Part shown: piece by piece, positions 13,439-24,000 of the stretch
Numbering within the stretch: position 1 is the stretch's first letter
Layout: each line of letters begins with the position of its first letter
DNA from: Gemmatales bacterium
GTDB lineage: Bacteria; Planctomycetota; Planctomycetia; Gemmatales; Gemmataceae
Length of the DNA: 24,000 nucleotides
Direction: 5' to 3'
Assembly: GCA_038239195.1 (NCBI GenBank)
Contig: JBBSEZ010000028.1
Span: 1-24,000 of the forward strand
The notes under the pieces: generated by a model
The model's input: only the letters and a program-made list of their open reading frames with translations
What the model was told of the DNA's origin: nothing
The model's database searches: none
Made by a program: the position numbers and the translations under genes

Positions 13439-16400
13439 ATGAAACGGCAACCGATCGACCCCGAGCTGCTGCGCGACAAGCTCAGCGTCGCTCAGGGCAA
13501 GCAATACTGGCGCAGCCTCGAAGAGCTGGCGGGCGATCCCGCCTTCCTGGAGACGCTCCAGCGCGAGTTTCCCGCCCATGCCGCCGAGTGGGCTGCGGAG
13601 TGGGTGGATCCCGTCTCGCGCCGGCAGTTCCTGACGCTCATGGGCGCCTCGCTGGCGCTCGCCGGGCTGAGCGGCTGCACCAGCAAGCCGCGCGAGACGA
13701 TCATGCCCTACGTCCGCCAGCCCGAGAACATCGTGCTGGGCAAGCCGCTCTATTACGCCACCACCATGACGCTCGGCGGTTTCGGCACCGGCCTGCTCGT
13801 CGAGAGCCACGAGGGCAGGCCCACCAAGATCGAGGGCAATCCCCAGCACCCCGCCAGCCGCGGCGCCACCGACGTCTTCGCCCAGGCCGCCGTCCTCGGC
13901 CTCTACGACCCCGATCGCGCCCAGACCGTTAGCTTCCGCGAGCGCGCCCGCACCTGGGGCGAACTCATCGACGAGCTGCGCACTCGCCTCGGCCCCAAGA
14001 CGCCGCGCGCCAAAGGCGCGGGCGTCGCCGTCCTCACCGAGACCGTCGGCTCGCCGACCCTCGTCGGGCAGTTCGAGCAGTTCTTCACGCAGTACGACGC
14101 CGCCCGCCTGTATCGTTACGAGCCCGTCGCGACCGGCACCGCCGAAGAAGGGGCGCGGCTGGCGTTCAACAAGGCCCACCACTTCTACTATCGCGTGGCG
14201 CAGGCCGACGTCGTCGTCTCCCTCGACGGCGATTTCCTCGGCAGCGGGCCCGGGCACCTCGCCTACTCGCGCGAGTTTGCCGCGCGCCGCCGTGAGGGCG
14301 GCAAAGCGAAGGACAACAAGCGCGGGATGAATCGGCTCTACGCGGTCGAGAGCAGCCTGAGCATCACCGGGGCCAGCGCCGATCATCGGCTGGCGCTGCC
14401 TCCCAGCAAGGTCGAGGCCTTCGCGCGGGCGCTGGCAGCCAAGTTGGGCGTTGCCGGCTCCGCCTCCACGCTGGAAGGGGAGGCGGCGCGCTGGGTGGAT
14501 GCGGTGGCCGCCGACTTGCGGTATCAGAGCGGCCGCACCCGTCGCCTCGCCGGGACCACTCTGGTCGTCACCGGGCCTCAGCAGCCTGCCGCCGTCCACG
14601 GACTCGTTCATGCCATCAACGCCGAGCTCGGCAACCTCGGCACCAGCGTCGTCGTCACCGGCCCCGCGTTCGGCGCCACCGTCGCCGGCAAGTCGCCGGG
14701 CACGTTGAAGCAACTGAACGACGACGTCGCGAAGGGCACGATCACCACGCTCCTCATCCTCGGGGGCAACCCGGCCTATACCGCCCCGGCCGACGTCCCC
14801 TTCGCCAAGCTACTCGAAGACCAGCTCCTGGTGACCAGGGACCGCTGGCTCGCCGTCCACCTGTCGCCTCACAGCGACGAGACGTCGCGCCTGTGCCACT
14901 GGCACGTTCCCGAGGCCCACTTCCTCGAATCGTGGAGCGACGCCATCGCCTATGACGGCACCGCCTCGCTCGTCCAGCAGCTCATCGCGCCGCTCTACGC
15001 CGGCCGCTCGGCGCATGAGCTCGTCGCCGCCCTGTGCCGGCGGCGCAACCCCCAGGGCGAAACGTCGGGCAGCGACTACGACGACCGCACCCCCTACGAC
15101 CTGGTGCGCGACCACTGGAAGACGAAGAAAAACCTCGACGGCCAGGCCTTCGAGCGGTTCTGGAGGCAGGCCCTCCACGATGGGGTGATCGCCGACAGCA
15201 AGCTGCCCACACTCCCCGCGCCGTCTCTCGTCGAGGGCCTGGCGGGGCGCATCGGGCCGGCGCGGCCCGCGAGTGGCGGGTACGAGCTGGTCCTGGCGCC
15301 CGACCCGACGGTCCACGACGGCCGATTCGCCAACCTCGGCTGGCTCCAGGAACTGCCCAAGCCGCTGACCAAGTTGTCCTGGGACAACGCCCTCCTCCTA
15401 AGCCCGGCGACGGCCGAGGCGCTCGGCGTCGGCACGCGCATCGGGCACTGGCGCGGGGGCGAGCACGGCGACAGCAAGTGCGACGTGGTGAAGATCGGCC
15501 ACGCAGGGCGCGAACTGGAGGCGGCCGTCTGGATCGTCCCCGGCCACGCCGACGGCGCCGCAACGCTGCACCTCGGCTACGGCCGCACCCGCGCCGGCAA
15601 GGTCGGCAACGACCACGGCTTCAACGCCAACCTGCTCCGGCTCTCGACCAGCCCCTCGCTCCTCACCGGCGTCGAGCTGAGCAAGGTCGCGGGAAGGACC
15701 TACTTGCTGGCCTGCACCCAGGCCCACTTCAACATGCAGGGGCGCGACCCGGTGCGCTCCTCTACCGTGGAAAAGTACAGCAAGCACGAGCACTTCGGCC
15801 CGCACGAGCACGGCGGCAAGGTCGCGCTGCCAACCCTCTACCCCGACGAGCACAAGTATCCCGGCTACAAGTGGGGCATGGCGATCGACCTGTCGGCCTG
15901 CACCGGGTGCAGCGCCTGCGTCGTCGCCTGCCAGGCGGAGAACAACATTCCCGTCGTGGGCAAGGAGCAGGTGACGCGCGGCCGCGAGATGCACTGGCTG
16001 CGCATCGACCGCTACTTCGAGACGCCGCGGGGCGAGGCCGATGTCAAGGATCGGCTGCGCGTCCACTTTCAGCCGGTCCTGTGCATGCACTGCGAGAACG
16101 CCCCCTGCGAGGTCGTCTGTCCCGTCGAGGCGACGGTGCATGGCGACGAGGGGACCAACGACATGGTCTACAACCGCTGCATCGGCACGCGCTACTGCTC
16201 CAACAACTGTCCCTACAAGGTGCGGCGCTTCAACTTCTTCCAGTTCAGCGACTACGTGACGCCGAGCCTCAAGCTGCTCTACAACCCCGAGGTGACGGTG
16301 CGGTCGCGCGGCGTGATGGAGAAGTGCAGCTTCTGCATCCAGCGCATCTCGGCGGCGCGCATCGAGGCGTCCAAGGAGGCCCTGGCCGAGCCCGGCAAGC

Positions 16401-16648
16401 GCGTCGATCCCAACCGGCGCGAGGGCGTCGCGTACATTCGGGACGGCGAGGTGGTGACGGCGTGCCAGGCGGCCTGCCCCGCCGAGGCGATCGTCTTCGG
16501 CGATCTGGGCGACAAGAAGAACAGTCGCGTGTATCGGTTGCAGGAGTCGGACCTGCGCTACGACCTGCTGGGCGAGCTGGGCACCCGGCCGCGCGTCGTC
16601 TACCTGGCGGCGATCCGCAACCCCAACCCCGTGCTGGAAACGAAGTGA
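13439..16648 (+). CDS. actB: Alternative Complex III subunit ActB (fused molybdopterin-oxidoreductase-like B1 + FeS B2)
   Basis: Tat signal SRRQFLTLMGASLALAGLSGC and a large MopB-like domain. The C-terminal ferredoxin-type clusters are CTGCSACVVACQAENN, CMHCENAPCEVVCP, CIGTRYCSNNCPYKVRRFN, KCSFCIQR and ACQAACPAEAIVFG. Confidence 0.92.
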   Translation: MKRQPIDPELLRDKLSVAQGKQYWRSLEELAGDPAFLETLQREFPAHAAEWAAEWVDPVSRRQFLTLMGASLALAGLSGCTSKPRETIMPYVRQPENIVLGKPLYYATTMTLGGFGTGLLVESHEGRPTKIEGNPQHPASRGATDVFAQAAVLGLYDPDRAQTVSFRERARTWGELIDELRTRLGPKTPRAKGAGVAVLTETVGSPTLVGQFEQFFTQYDAARLYRYEPVATGTAEEGARLAFNKAHHFYYRVAQADVVVSLDGDFLGSGPGHLAYSREFAARRREGGKAKDNKRGMNRLYAVESSLSITGASADHRLALPPSKVEAFARALAAKLGVAGSASTLEGEAARWVDAVAADLRYQSGRTRRLAGTTLVVTGPQQPAAVHGLVHAINAELGNLGTSVVVTGPAFGATVAGKSPGTLKQLNDDVAKGTITTLLILGGNPAYTAPADVPFAKLLEDQLLVTRDRWLAVHLSPHSDETSRLCHWHVPEAHFLESWSDAIAYDGTASLVQQLIAPLYAGRSAHELVAALCRRRNPQGETSGSDYDDRTPYDLVRDHWKTKKNLDGQAFERFWRQALHDGVIADSKLPTLPAPSLVEGLAGRIGPARPASGGYELVLAPDPTVHDGRFANLGWLQELPKPLTKLSWDNALLLSPATAEALGVGTRIGHWRGGEHGDSKCDVVKIGHAGRELEAAVWIVPGHADGAATLHLGYGRTRAGKVGNDHGFNANLLRLSTSPSLLTGVELSKVAGRTYLLACTQAHFNMQGRDPVRSSTVEKYSKHEHFGPHEHGGKVALPTLYPDEHKYPGYKWGMAIDLSACTGCSACVVACQAENNIPVVGKEQVTRGREMHWLRIDRYFETPRGEADVKDRLRVHFQPVLCMHCENAPCEVVCPVEATVHGDEGTNDMVYNRCIGTRYCSNNCPYKVRRFNFFQFSDYVTPSLKLLYNPEVTVRSRGVMEKCSFCIQRISAARIEASKEALAEPGKRVDPNRREGVAYIRDGEVVTACQAACPAEAIVFGDLGDKKNSRVYRLQESDLRYDLLGELGTRPRVVYLAAIRNPNPVLETK

Positions 16649-16649
16649 C

Positions 16650-18100
<1,451 letters not shown>

Positions 18101-18104
<4 letters not shown>

Positions 18105-18640
18105 ACCAGTTGCTTCCGCCCTATGGCCTGGTGGCCGAGTTCGACAGCGCCAGTGCCCTCGTGCAGGCGTCGGCGGGGGCGCGCGACGCCGGCTACAAGC
18201 GCATGGACGCCTACAGCCCCTTCCCCATCGAGGACCTGACCGAGGCGCTGGGCCAGCGGCCGACCAAGCTGCCCCTCGTGGTGCTCCTCGGCGGAATCAT
18301 CGGCGGGCTGAGCGGCTACTTTTTGCAGTGGTACACCGCCTCGCAGACCTACCCGTTCAACGTCGGCGGCCGACCGTTCCACTCCTGGCCGATGTTCATT
18401 CCCGTGACGTTCGAGTGTACGGTGCTGGGGGCGTCGCTGGCGGCGGTCTTCGGCATGCTGACGATGAACGGCCTGCCGATGCCTTACCATCCGCTGTTTC
18501 ACGTGGAGCGCTTCGCGCGGGCGAGCCAGGATCGGTTCTTCCTGTGCATCCGGGCGGTCGATCCGCAGTTCGACCTGGAAGCCACGCGGGCGTTCCTCGC
18601 GAGCACGGGCGCCAAGGAAGTGACGGAGGTGCCCCAATGA
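18101..18640 (+). CDS. actD: Alternative Complex III subunit ActD (DUF3341)
   Basis: YGLVAEFDSASALVQASAGARDAGYKRMDAYSPFPIEDLTEALG plus two TMs. ATGA overlap with actC. Confidence 0.88.
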
Positions 18641-19329
18641 CTTCCCCGAGCCCGCGCCGCGCACGTTTTCGCCGCTTGCGGCTTGGCGTCTTCCCTGGCG
18701 CCTCGGTAAGCCGCAAGCGGGCCCTCCTCTGGGCCCTCCTCGTCCCGTGCGCGCTCGCCCTGCCCGCCTGCCGCCAGCAGATGGCCGACCAGCCTCACTA
18801 TCGCCCTCTCGAGGCGAGCGAGTTCTTTCCCGATGGCCGTTCCGCCCGTCCCGTCGTGCCTGGCACCGTAGCGCGCGGCCAGCTGCGTATCGACGATGCG
18901 CTCTACAAGGGCACGGACGACAAGGGCAAGCTCGTCGAGACGTTTCCGTTCGAGATGACGGAGGGCGTGTTGAAGCGCGGCCGCGAGCGCTACAACATTT
19001 TTTGCTCCGTCTGTCACGGGCTGACGGGAGAAGGCGACGGGCGGATCGTGCAGCGCGGCTTCACGCGCCCGCCGTCCTACTACCCGGTGAAGGGCAAGCA
19101 ACTCGACTACTTCTCGCGCGCCTACCGGATCAAGGGCGAGAAGCGCCCGCTCTGGCAAGTGCCGATCGGCCATTACTACGACGTGGTTACCAACGGCCAC
19201 GGGGCGATGGCCGGCTACGCGGAGCAAGTGCCCGTGCGCGATCGCTGGGCGATCGTGGGCTACGTCCGCGCCTTGCAGTACAGCCAGTCGGAAGAGGTGC
19301 GGAAGGCCATGAAGGGGGACAAGAAGTGA
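18637..19329 (+). CDS. actE: Alternative Complex III subunit ActE, monoheme cytochrome c lipoprotein
   Basis: The start ATG at 18637 (ATGA overlap with actD, GGAGGT 6 nt upstream) lies within the longer track ORF 18049..19329. It has a lipobox-like LALPAC and a single CSVCH heme motif with a downstream Met (GHGAMAGY). Confidence 0.85.
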   Translation: MTSPSPRRARFRRLRLGVFPGASVSRKRALLWALLVPCALALPACRQQMADQPHYRPLEASEFFPDGRSARPVVPGTVARGQLRIDDALYKGTDDKGKLVETFPFEMTEGVLKRGRERYNIFCSVCHGLTGEGDGRIVQRGFTRPPSYYPVKGKQLDYFSRAYRIKGEKRPLWQVPIGHYYDVVTNGHGAMAGYAEQVPVRDRWAIVGYVRALQYSQSEEVRKAMKGDKK

Positions 19330-20546
19330 GTGCCGGGCCCGCCGAAGGAACCGAACTGCAGACCGCGGCGCGCTGGCAGCGCGGCGCGTTCGTCGCCGGC
19401 GCCGTCGGCCTGGCGGCGTGCGCCGTCGGCGCGCTCGCCGGCTGGCAGGAGCAGTTCTTCCGCTCCTATCTGGTGGCGTTCAACGCGTGGGCCGGCGTTG
19501 CCCTGGGCTGCCTGGCGGTCCTGATGCTCCAGTATGTCACCGGCGGGACCTGGGGCTACCTGCTGCGCCGGCCCCTCGAGGCCGCCACGCGCACCCTGCC
19601 CGTTCTCGCTCTGCTCTTCCTCCCTCTGGCGCTGGGCCTGCCCGACCTCTACGCCTGGGCCGATCCCCACAAGGAGAAATGGCAAGGCAATCATCACCTC
19701 GAGGAGCAGCTCCACCACCTCGAGCCGTTCCTCAACGCGCCGTTCTTCCTGGCGCGAACGGCGGGCTACTTTGCCGTCTGGATCGGGCTGGCCTTTCTGT
19801 TCAACCGCTGGAGCCGGAAGCACGACGAGTCCGGCGAGGCGAGCCTGCCCGAGCGCTTCCAGAACCTGGGGGCGATGGGGTTGGTGCTCTACGCGGTGAC
19901 GGTGACGTTTGCGTCGATCGACTGGGTGATGTCGCTCGAGCCGCAGTGGTATTCGACCATCTACGGCGCCATGTTCGCCATGGGACAGGTGTTGTCCGGC
20001 TTCGCCTTCTGCGTCGCGGTGCTCCTGCTGCTGGGCACCCACCCGCAACTGGCGGGCGCGTTGAGCAAGAACAACCTGCGCGACCTCGGCAGCCTGCTCC
20101 TGGCGTTCGTGATGGTATGGGCCTACCTGGCGTTCTCGCAGTTCCTGCTCATCTGGGCGGGCAACCTGCCGGAAGAAATCCCCTGGTATCTCGCCCGCCT
20201 CCAGGGCGGGTGGAGCTTCGTGGGGCTGGCGCTGATCTTGCTCCACTTCGTCCTGCCTTTTGTCTTGCTTCTGGCGGCCGACCTCAAGCGCAACCGCAAG
20301 GCGCTGGCGGGGGTGGCGCTCTTCGTGGTGTTCATGCGCGTCGTCGATCTGTTCTGGCTGATCGTGCCGGCCTTCACGCAGGCCGACGGCAAGACGCGCG
20401 AGGGCCTCGGCGTCCACCTGCTCGACGTGACCGCCCTGATCGGCGTGGGCGGGGCGTGGCTGGGGACTTTCCTGTGGCAACTGCGCGCGCGCCCGCTGCT
20501 GCCCGCGCATGCCCCGCCGAGCGAGGAGGGCAACCATCATGGCTGA
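19326..20546 (+). CDS. actF: Alternative Complex III subunit ActF (second NrfD-like membrane subunit)
   Basis: GTG 19326 overlaps the actE stop (GTGA), in frame with the track ORF 18747..20546. The polytopic sequence runs from FRSYLVAFNAWAGVALGCLAVLMLQYVTGGTWG onwards. Confidence 0.82.
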   Translation: MSAGPAEGTELQTAARWQRGAFVAGAVGLAACAVGALAGWQEQFFRSYLVAFNAWAGVALGCLAVLMLQYVTGGTWGYLLRRPLEAATRTLPVLALLFLPLALGLPDLYAWADPHKEKWQGNHHLEEQLHHLEPFLNAPFFLARTAGYFAVWIGLAFLFNRWSRKHDESGEASLPERFQNLGAMGLVLYAVTVTFASIDWVMSLEPQWYSTIYGAMFAMGQVLSGFAFCVAVLLLLGTHPQLAGALSKNNLRDLGSLLLAFVMVWAYLAFSQFLLIWAGNLPEEIPWYLARLQGGWSFVGLALILLHFVLPFVLLLAADLKRNRKALAGVALFVVFMRVVDLFWLIVPAFTQADGKTREGLGVHLLDVTALIGVGGAWLGTFLWQLRARPLLPAHAPPSEEGNHHG

Positions 20547-21039
20547 GCACGCTCCCCCCACCGTCCCGGCCGATGGCGTGGTCGAACATGCCAGCGTGCG
20601 CTACGAGCACAGCGACGTCGAGGCGGGCGGCGTGATGGTGTTCGCGCTCGGCCTGATCGCGACGCTGATCGTCGTGTCCCTGCTCCTGTGGGGGCTGTTC
20701 GTGCTGTTCTCCAACCGGGAGACGGCCCGGAAGAAGACCACCCTGTCCCCCGCGGCCGTCGATGCCGACAACCAACTCCCCGAGCCGCGCCCCGAGCAAA
20801 TCGAGGACGTGCGCGACGGCAAGGTGTCGCTCTGGCCGGCGCGCGCCAGGGACTATCTCGCGCCGCAGGAGCAGCGCCTCGAGCAGGGCGACAAGAAGGC
20901 CGGCGCCCTCAAGATCGACGACGCCATGAAGGAGCTCTCGGGGAAGCTCGAGGTGCGCCCGAAGCGGCCCGCCGCCGCGACGCGCCCGCCCAACCAGGCC
21001 GCCTCGGGGCGCCCGATTTCCGAGAAGGGGGGCCCGTGA
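20539..21039 (+). CDS. Small single-TM membrane protein in the ActG position; unassigned
   Basis: ATG 20539 (MAEHAPPTVPADGVVEHASVRYEHSDVEAGGVMVFALGLIATLIVVSLLLWGLFVLF) overlaps the actF 3' end by 8 nt. Its stop overlaps the SCO start (TGATG). There is one TM, then a charged soluble tail. Confidence 0.6.
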   Translation: MAEHAPPTVPADGVVEHASVRYEHSDVEAGGVMVFALGLIATLIVVSLLLWGLFVLFSNRETARKKTTLSPAAVDADNQLPEPRPEQIEDVRDGKVSLWPARARDYLAPQEQRLEQGDKKAGALKIDDAMKELSGKLEVRPKRPAAATRPPNQAASGRPISEKGGP

Positions 21040-21875
21040 TGCGCCACCACGTCCTCGCCGTTCTGCTCGGCGCCCTCCTCTGGCCCGGGCTGGTCCACGC
21101 CGGCAACCTGCTGGCGTCGAAGGAGCAGTTCTTCACCCCGCACCTGGGCGATCGGGTGCCGCCCGAGCTCGCCTTCGTCGATGACGCGGGCAAGAAGGTG
21201 AAGCTGGGCGACTACTTCGGCGAACGGCCGATCGTTTTGGTGCTGGCCTACTACGAGTGCCCCATGCTGTGCAAGCTGGTGCTCAAGGACCTCGTCGATG
21301 GCCTGAAAGGCGTGCCGTTCACCGTCGGGCAAGAGCTCGAGGTGGTGGTGGTGAGCTTCGACCCGCGCGAGAAGCCCGACCTGGCGGCGAAGCACAAGGA
21401 GGCCTACGTCGAGAGCTACGGCCGGCCCGGCTCGGCGAAGGGCTGGCACTTCCTCACGGGCGACCAGGCCAACATCGACGGCCTCACCGAGGCGGTCGGC
21501 TTCCGGGCGGTGTGGGACGACGACAAGAAGCAGTATGCCCACGCCCGCGGCATCATGGTCCTGACGCCGAAGGGCGTGGTGGCCCGCTACTTCCTGGAGG
21601 GCGTGTTCCCGGCGCGCGACCTGCGCTTCGCCCTCGTCGAGGCGTCGGAGGGCAAGATCGGCGTGCCGATGGACCGCATCCTGCTGATGTGCTTCAACTA
21701 CGACCCGCAAACGGGGAGATACTCCGCGGCGATCCTGAGGCTGGTGCGCCTGGGCGGCGCGCTGACGATGGGAGGGATCGCGGCATTCTGGCTGGTGGGG
21801 TGGTGGCGATGCCGGCGGGCGCCACCCGTCGGGATGGCGCTTCAGGGCGACTCGGGCAACGCGACAGGGGGCTGA
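21039..21875 (+). CDS. SCO1/SenC-family copper chaperone with a C-terminal TM
   Basis: Signal/TM MRHHVLAVLLGALLWPGLVHA, a thioredoxin fold with YYECPMLC (CxxxC) and a downstream conserved His (YAHARGI), and a C-terminal TM GGALTMGGIAAFWLVGWW. Confidence 0.88.
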   Translation: MRHHVLAVLLGALLWPGLVHAGNLLASKEQFFTPHLGDRVPPELAFVDDAGKKVKLGDYFGERPIVLVLAYYECPMLCKLVLKDLVDGLKGVPFTVGQELEVVVVSFDPREKPDLAAKHKEAYVESYGRPGSAKGWHFLTGDQANIDGLTEAVGFRAVWDDDKKQYAHARGIMVLTPKGVVARYFLEGVFPARDLRFALVEASEGKIGVPMDRILLMCFNYDPQTGRYSAAILRLVRLGGALTMGGIAAFWLVGWWRCRRAPPVGMALQGDSGNATGG

Positions 21876-21879
21876 GCCG

Positions 21880-22887
21880 ATGGACACGAAGTTTCAACTG
21901 TTCCCCGATTCGGCCTCGACGATGGCGCCGCGCGTGGACGCCCTGTTCGGGTTCGTCTTCTCCGTGGCCGCCTTCTTCATCGTCCTCATCGCCGTCCTGC
22001 TGTTCTACTTCGCCATCCGCTATCGGCGCCGGTCGGAAGACTACTTTCCCAAGCCGGTCATCGGCTCCAAGGTGCTGGAAACGGTGTGGACGGTCGGCCC
22101 GCTGGGGCTGACGGTCATCATGTTCGTGTGGGGCGCCCGGCTCTACTTCGACATCGTGCGCACCCCCGACAACGGCCTGGAGGTCTACGTCACGGGCAAG
22201 CAGTGGATGTGGCAGTTGCAGCACCCCACCGGGCAACGGGAGATCAACCAGCTCCACGTCCCCGTGGGCGTGCCGATCAAGCTCATCATGACCTCGGAGG
22301 ACGTGATCCACGACTTCTACGTCCCCGCCTTCCGCATCAAGCAGGACGTGATCCCCGGGCGCTACACCTACCTCTGGTTCGAGGCGACCACGCCGGGCAC
22401 CTATCACCTGTTCTGCGCCGCCTACTGCGGGACGAACCATTCGCGCATGATCGGCTCCGTGGTGGTGCTGGAGCAGCCGGAGTACGAGAAGTGGCTGGCC
22501 AGCAACAAGGCCGACCGCTCGCTGGCGCTCCAGGGCCGGCAGCTGTTCCAGAAGTTCGGGTGCGTGACGTGCCACCACGCCGAGGCGGGCGGCCGGGCGC
22601 CGATCCTCGAAGCCATCTACGACCGCGAGGTCGATTTGCAGGACGGCCGGCGCGTACGGGCCAACGAGGCCTACCTGCGCGAGTCGATCCTTTATCCCAA
22701 CGCCAAGATCCGGGCGGGGTATCGCTCGCCGTCGATCATGCCGCCCTACGACGGGCAGGTGAGCGAGGACGACCTGATCCGGCTGATCGCGTTCCTCAAG
22801 GCGCTGAAGCCGGGCGAGACCCCGCCGCGCGTCGAGAACGCCGCCCCACCGGCCCGCGACGCGAAGTTGGGGGCGAAGAAGAAGTAA
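21880..22887 (+). CDS. ctaC: Cytochrome c oxidase subunit II with a fused C-terminal cytochrome c domain (caa3-type)
   Basis: Two N-terminal TMs, the CuA site HDFYVPAF...[13 protein letters not shown], and C-terminal heme c motif CVTCH plus IMPPY. Confidence 0.92.
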   Translation: MDTKFQLFPDSASTMAPRVDALFGFVFSVAAFFIVLIAVLLFYFAIRYRRRSEDYFPKPVIGSKVLETVWTVGPLGLTVIMFVWGARLYFDIVRTPDNGLEVYVTGKQWMWQLQHPTGQREINQLHVPVGVPIKLIMTSEDVIHDFYVPAFRIKQDVIPGRYTYLWFEATTPGTYHLFCAAYCGTNHSRMIGSVVVLEQPEYEKWLASNKADRSLALQGRQLFQKFGCVTCHHAEAGGRAPILEAIYDREVDLQDGRRVRANEAYLRESILYPNAKIRAGYRSPSIMPPYDGQVSEDDLIRLIAFLKALKPGETPPRVENAAPPARDAKLGAKKK

Positions 22888-22955
22888 CCGCCCCGATTTG
22901 GCCGCCGAGCTCGCTCGGCGAGGGGCGCCCGGCCGATAACCCACGGAACGCCGCC

Positions 22956-24000
22956 ATGAGCACCCTAGGCCCCGAGCCTCGACCCGACCCGATCGAAGTG
23001 CGGCCCATGAATCGGGCCGACTACCTCAACGTCCATTACGGCGTGCGCTCGTGGCTGTTGACCACCGACCACAAGCGCATCGCCGTGCTCTATCTGCTGT
23101 CGATCACGCTGATGTTCTTCGTCGGCGGGGCCTTCGCCGTGGTGTTGCGCCTGGAGCTGACCACGCCCAAGGGCGACCTGGTCAGCTCCGACACCTACAA
23201 CAAGCTCTTCACGATGCACGGCATCGTGATGCTGTTCTTCTTCCTGATCCCGTCGATCCCGGCGACGCTGGGCAACTTCCTCGTCCCGCTCATGATCGGC
23301 GCGAAGGACCTCGCGTTCCCGCGCCTGAACCTGGCGAGCTGGTACGTCTACCTGGCCGGCTCCGCCTTCACCCTCTGGGCCATGATCGCCGGCGGGGTCG
23401 ACACCGGCTGGACCTTCTATACGCCTTACAGCACGCGCTCCGCTCACACCCACGTCATGATGACGGCCATCGGGGTGTTGATTCTCGGCTTCTCGTCGAT
23501 CCTGACGGGGCTCAACTTCGTCGTCACCATCCACCGCATGCGCGCGCCGGGCCTGACGTGGTTCCGCCTGCCGCTGTTCCTGTGGTCGATGTACGCCACC
23601 AGCCTCGTCATGCTGCTCGGCACGCCGGTCATTACCATCACCTTGATCCTGGTCGCCATCGAGCGCGTCTGGGGCGTGGGGATCTTCGACCCGACGCTGG
23701 GCGGCGACCCGGTGCTGTTCCAGCACCTGTTCTGGTTCTACTCGCACCCGGCGGTCTACATCATGATCCTGCCGGCGATGGGCGTGGTCAGCGAGCTGGT
23801 GACGACCTTCTCGCGCAAGATGATCTTCGGCTACAAGATCGTCGCCCTGGCGAGCGTGGCCATCGCGGTCTTCGGCTTTTTGGTCTGGGGGCACCACATG
23901 TTCGTCTCCAGTCAGTCGCCGTACTCCGCCATGATCTTCTCGGCGCTGAGCTTCCTGGTGGCCATTCCGTCGGCCATCAAGGTCTTCAACTGGACGGCGA
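22956..24000 (+). CDS. ctaD: Cytochrome c oxidase subunit I (heme-copper oxidase); the 3' end runs off the window
   Basis: This ORF is absent from the track because it is open to the window edge. My translation from ATG 22956 reads [82 protein letters not shown], which covers the canonical helix II His, the CuB His-Tyr region and GHHMF. Confidence 0.93.
   Translation, partial: MSTLGPEPRPDPIEVRPMNRADYLNVHYGVRSWLLTTDHKRIAVLYLLSITLMFFVGGAFAVVLRLELTTPKGDLVSSDTYNKLFTMHGIVMLFFFLIPSIPATLGNFLVPLMIGAKDLAFPRLNLASWYVYLAGSAFTLWAMIAGGVDTGWTFYTPYSTRSAHTHVMMTAIGVLILGFSSILTGLNFVVTIHRMRAPGLTWFRLPLFLWSMYATSLVMLLGTPVITITLILVAIERVWGVGIFDPTLGGDPVLFQHLFWFYSHPAVYIMILPAMGVVSELVTTFSRKMIFGYKIVALASVAIAVFGFLVWGHHMFVSSQSPYSAMIFSALSFLVAIPSAIKVFNWTA

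Overview
This is a high-GC (roughly 70% by eye) bacterial chromosomal segment. It looks Planctomycetota-like: an ECF sigma factor with a fused transmembrane extension, a Uma2 nuclease and GC-rich REP-type hairpins. This taxonomic call is inference only.

The window splits into three blocks:

(1) 1-5.2 kb, ordinary genes. An ECF sigma factor (minus strand, runs off the left edge), a Uma2-family endonuclease, and two consecutive FtsX/MacB-type ABC permeases with no ATPase gene beside them.

(2) 5.2-12.7 kb, a mosaic accessory segment. It holds a NIF/FCP1-like HAD phosphatase and a vapBC toxin-antitoxin pair. Next comes a ~2.5 kb low-GC islet of four same-strand genes arranged as two tightly coupled bicistronic modules, one encoding an HExxH protein. 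Beyond that lie a large hairpin, a frameshifted IS91-family transposase remnant and a hypothetical protein. The segment ends with a ~235-bp tandem duplication of GTCACC/GCTAACGG boxes interrupted by a MITE with a TA target-site duplication, then the 3' fragment of a pyridine nucleotide-disulfide oxidoreductase.

(3) 12.77-24.0 kb, a tightly packed, well-known respiratory operon. It encodes Alternative Complex III (actABCDEF), a small unassigned membrane ORF, an SCO copper chaperone, caa3-type cytochrome c oxidase subunit II, and subunit I (runs off the right edge).

The best candidate for an undescribed system is the low-GC four-gene islet at 7004-9508. I cannot assign three of its four proteins to any family. 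No rRNA, tRNA or CRISPR array was found.
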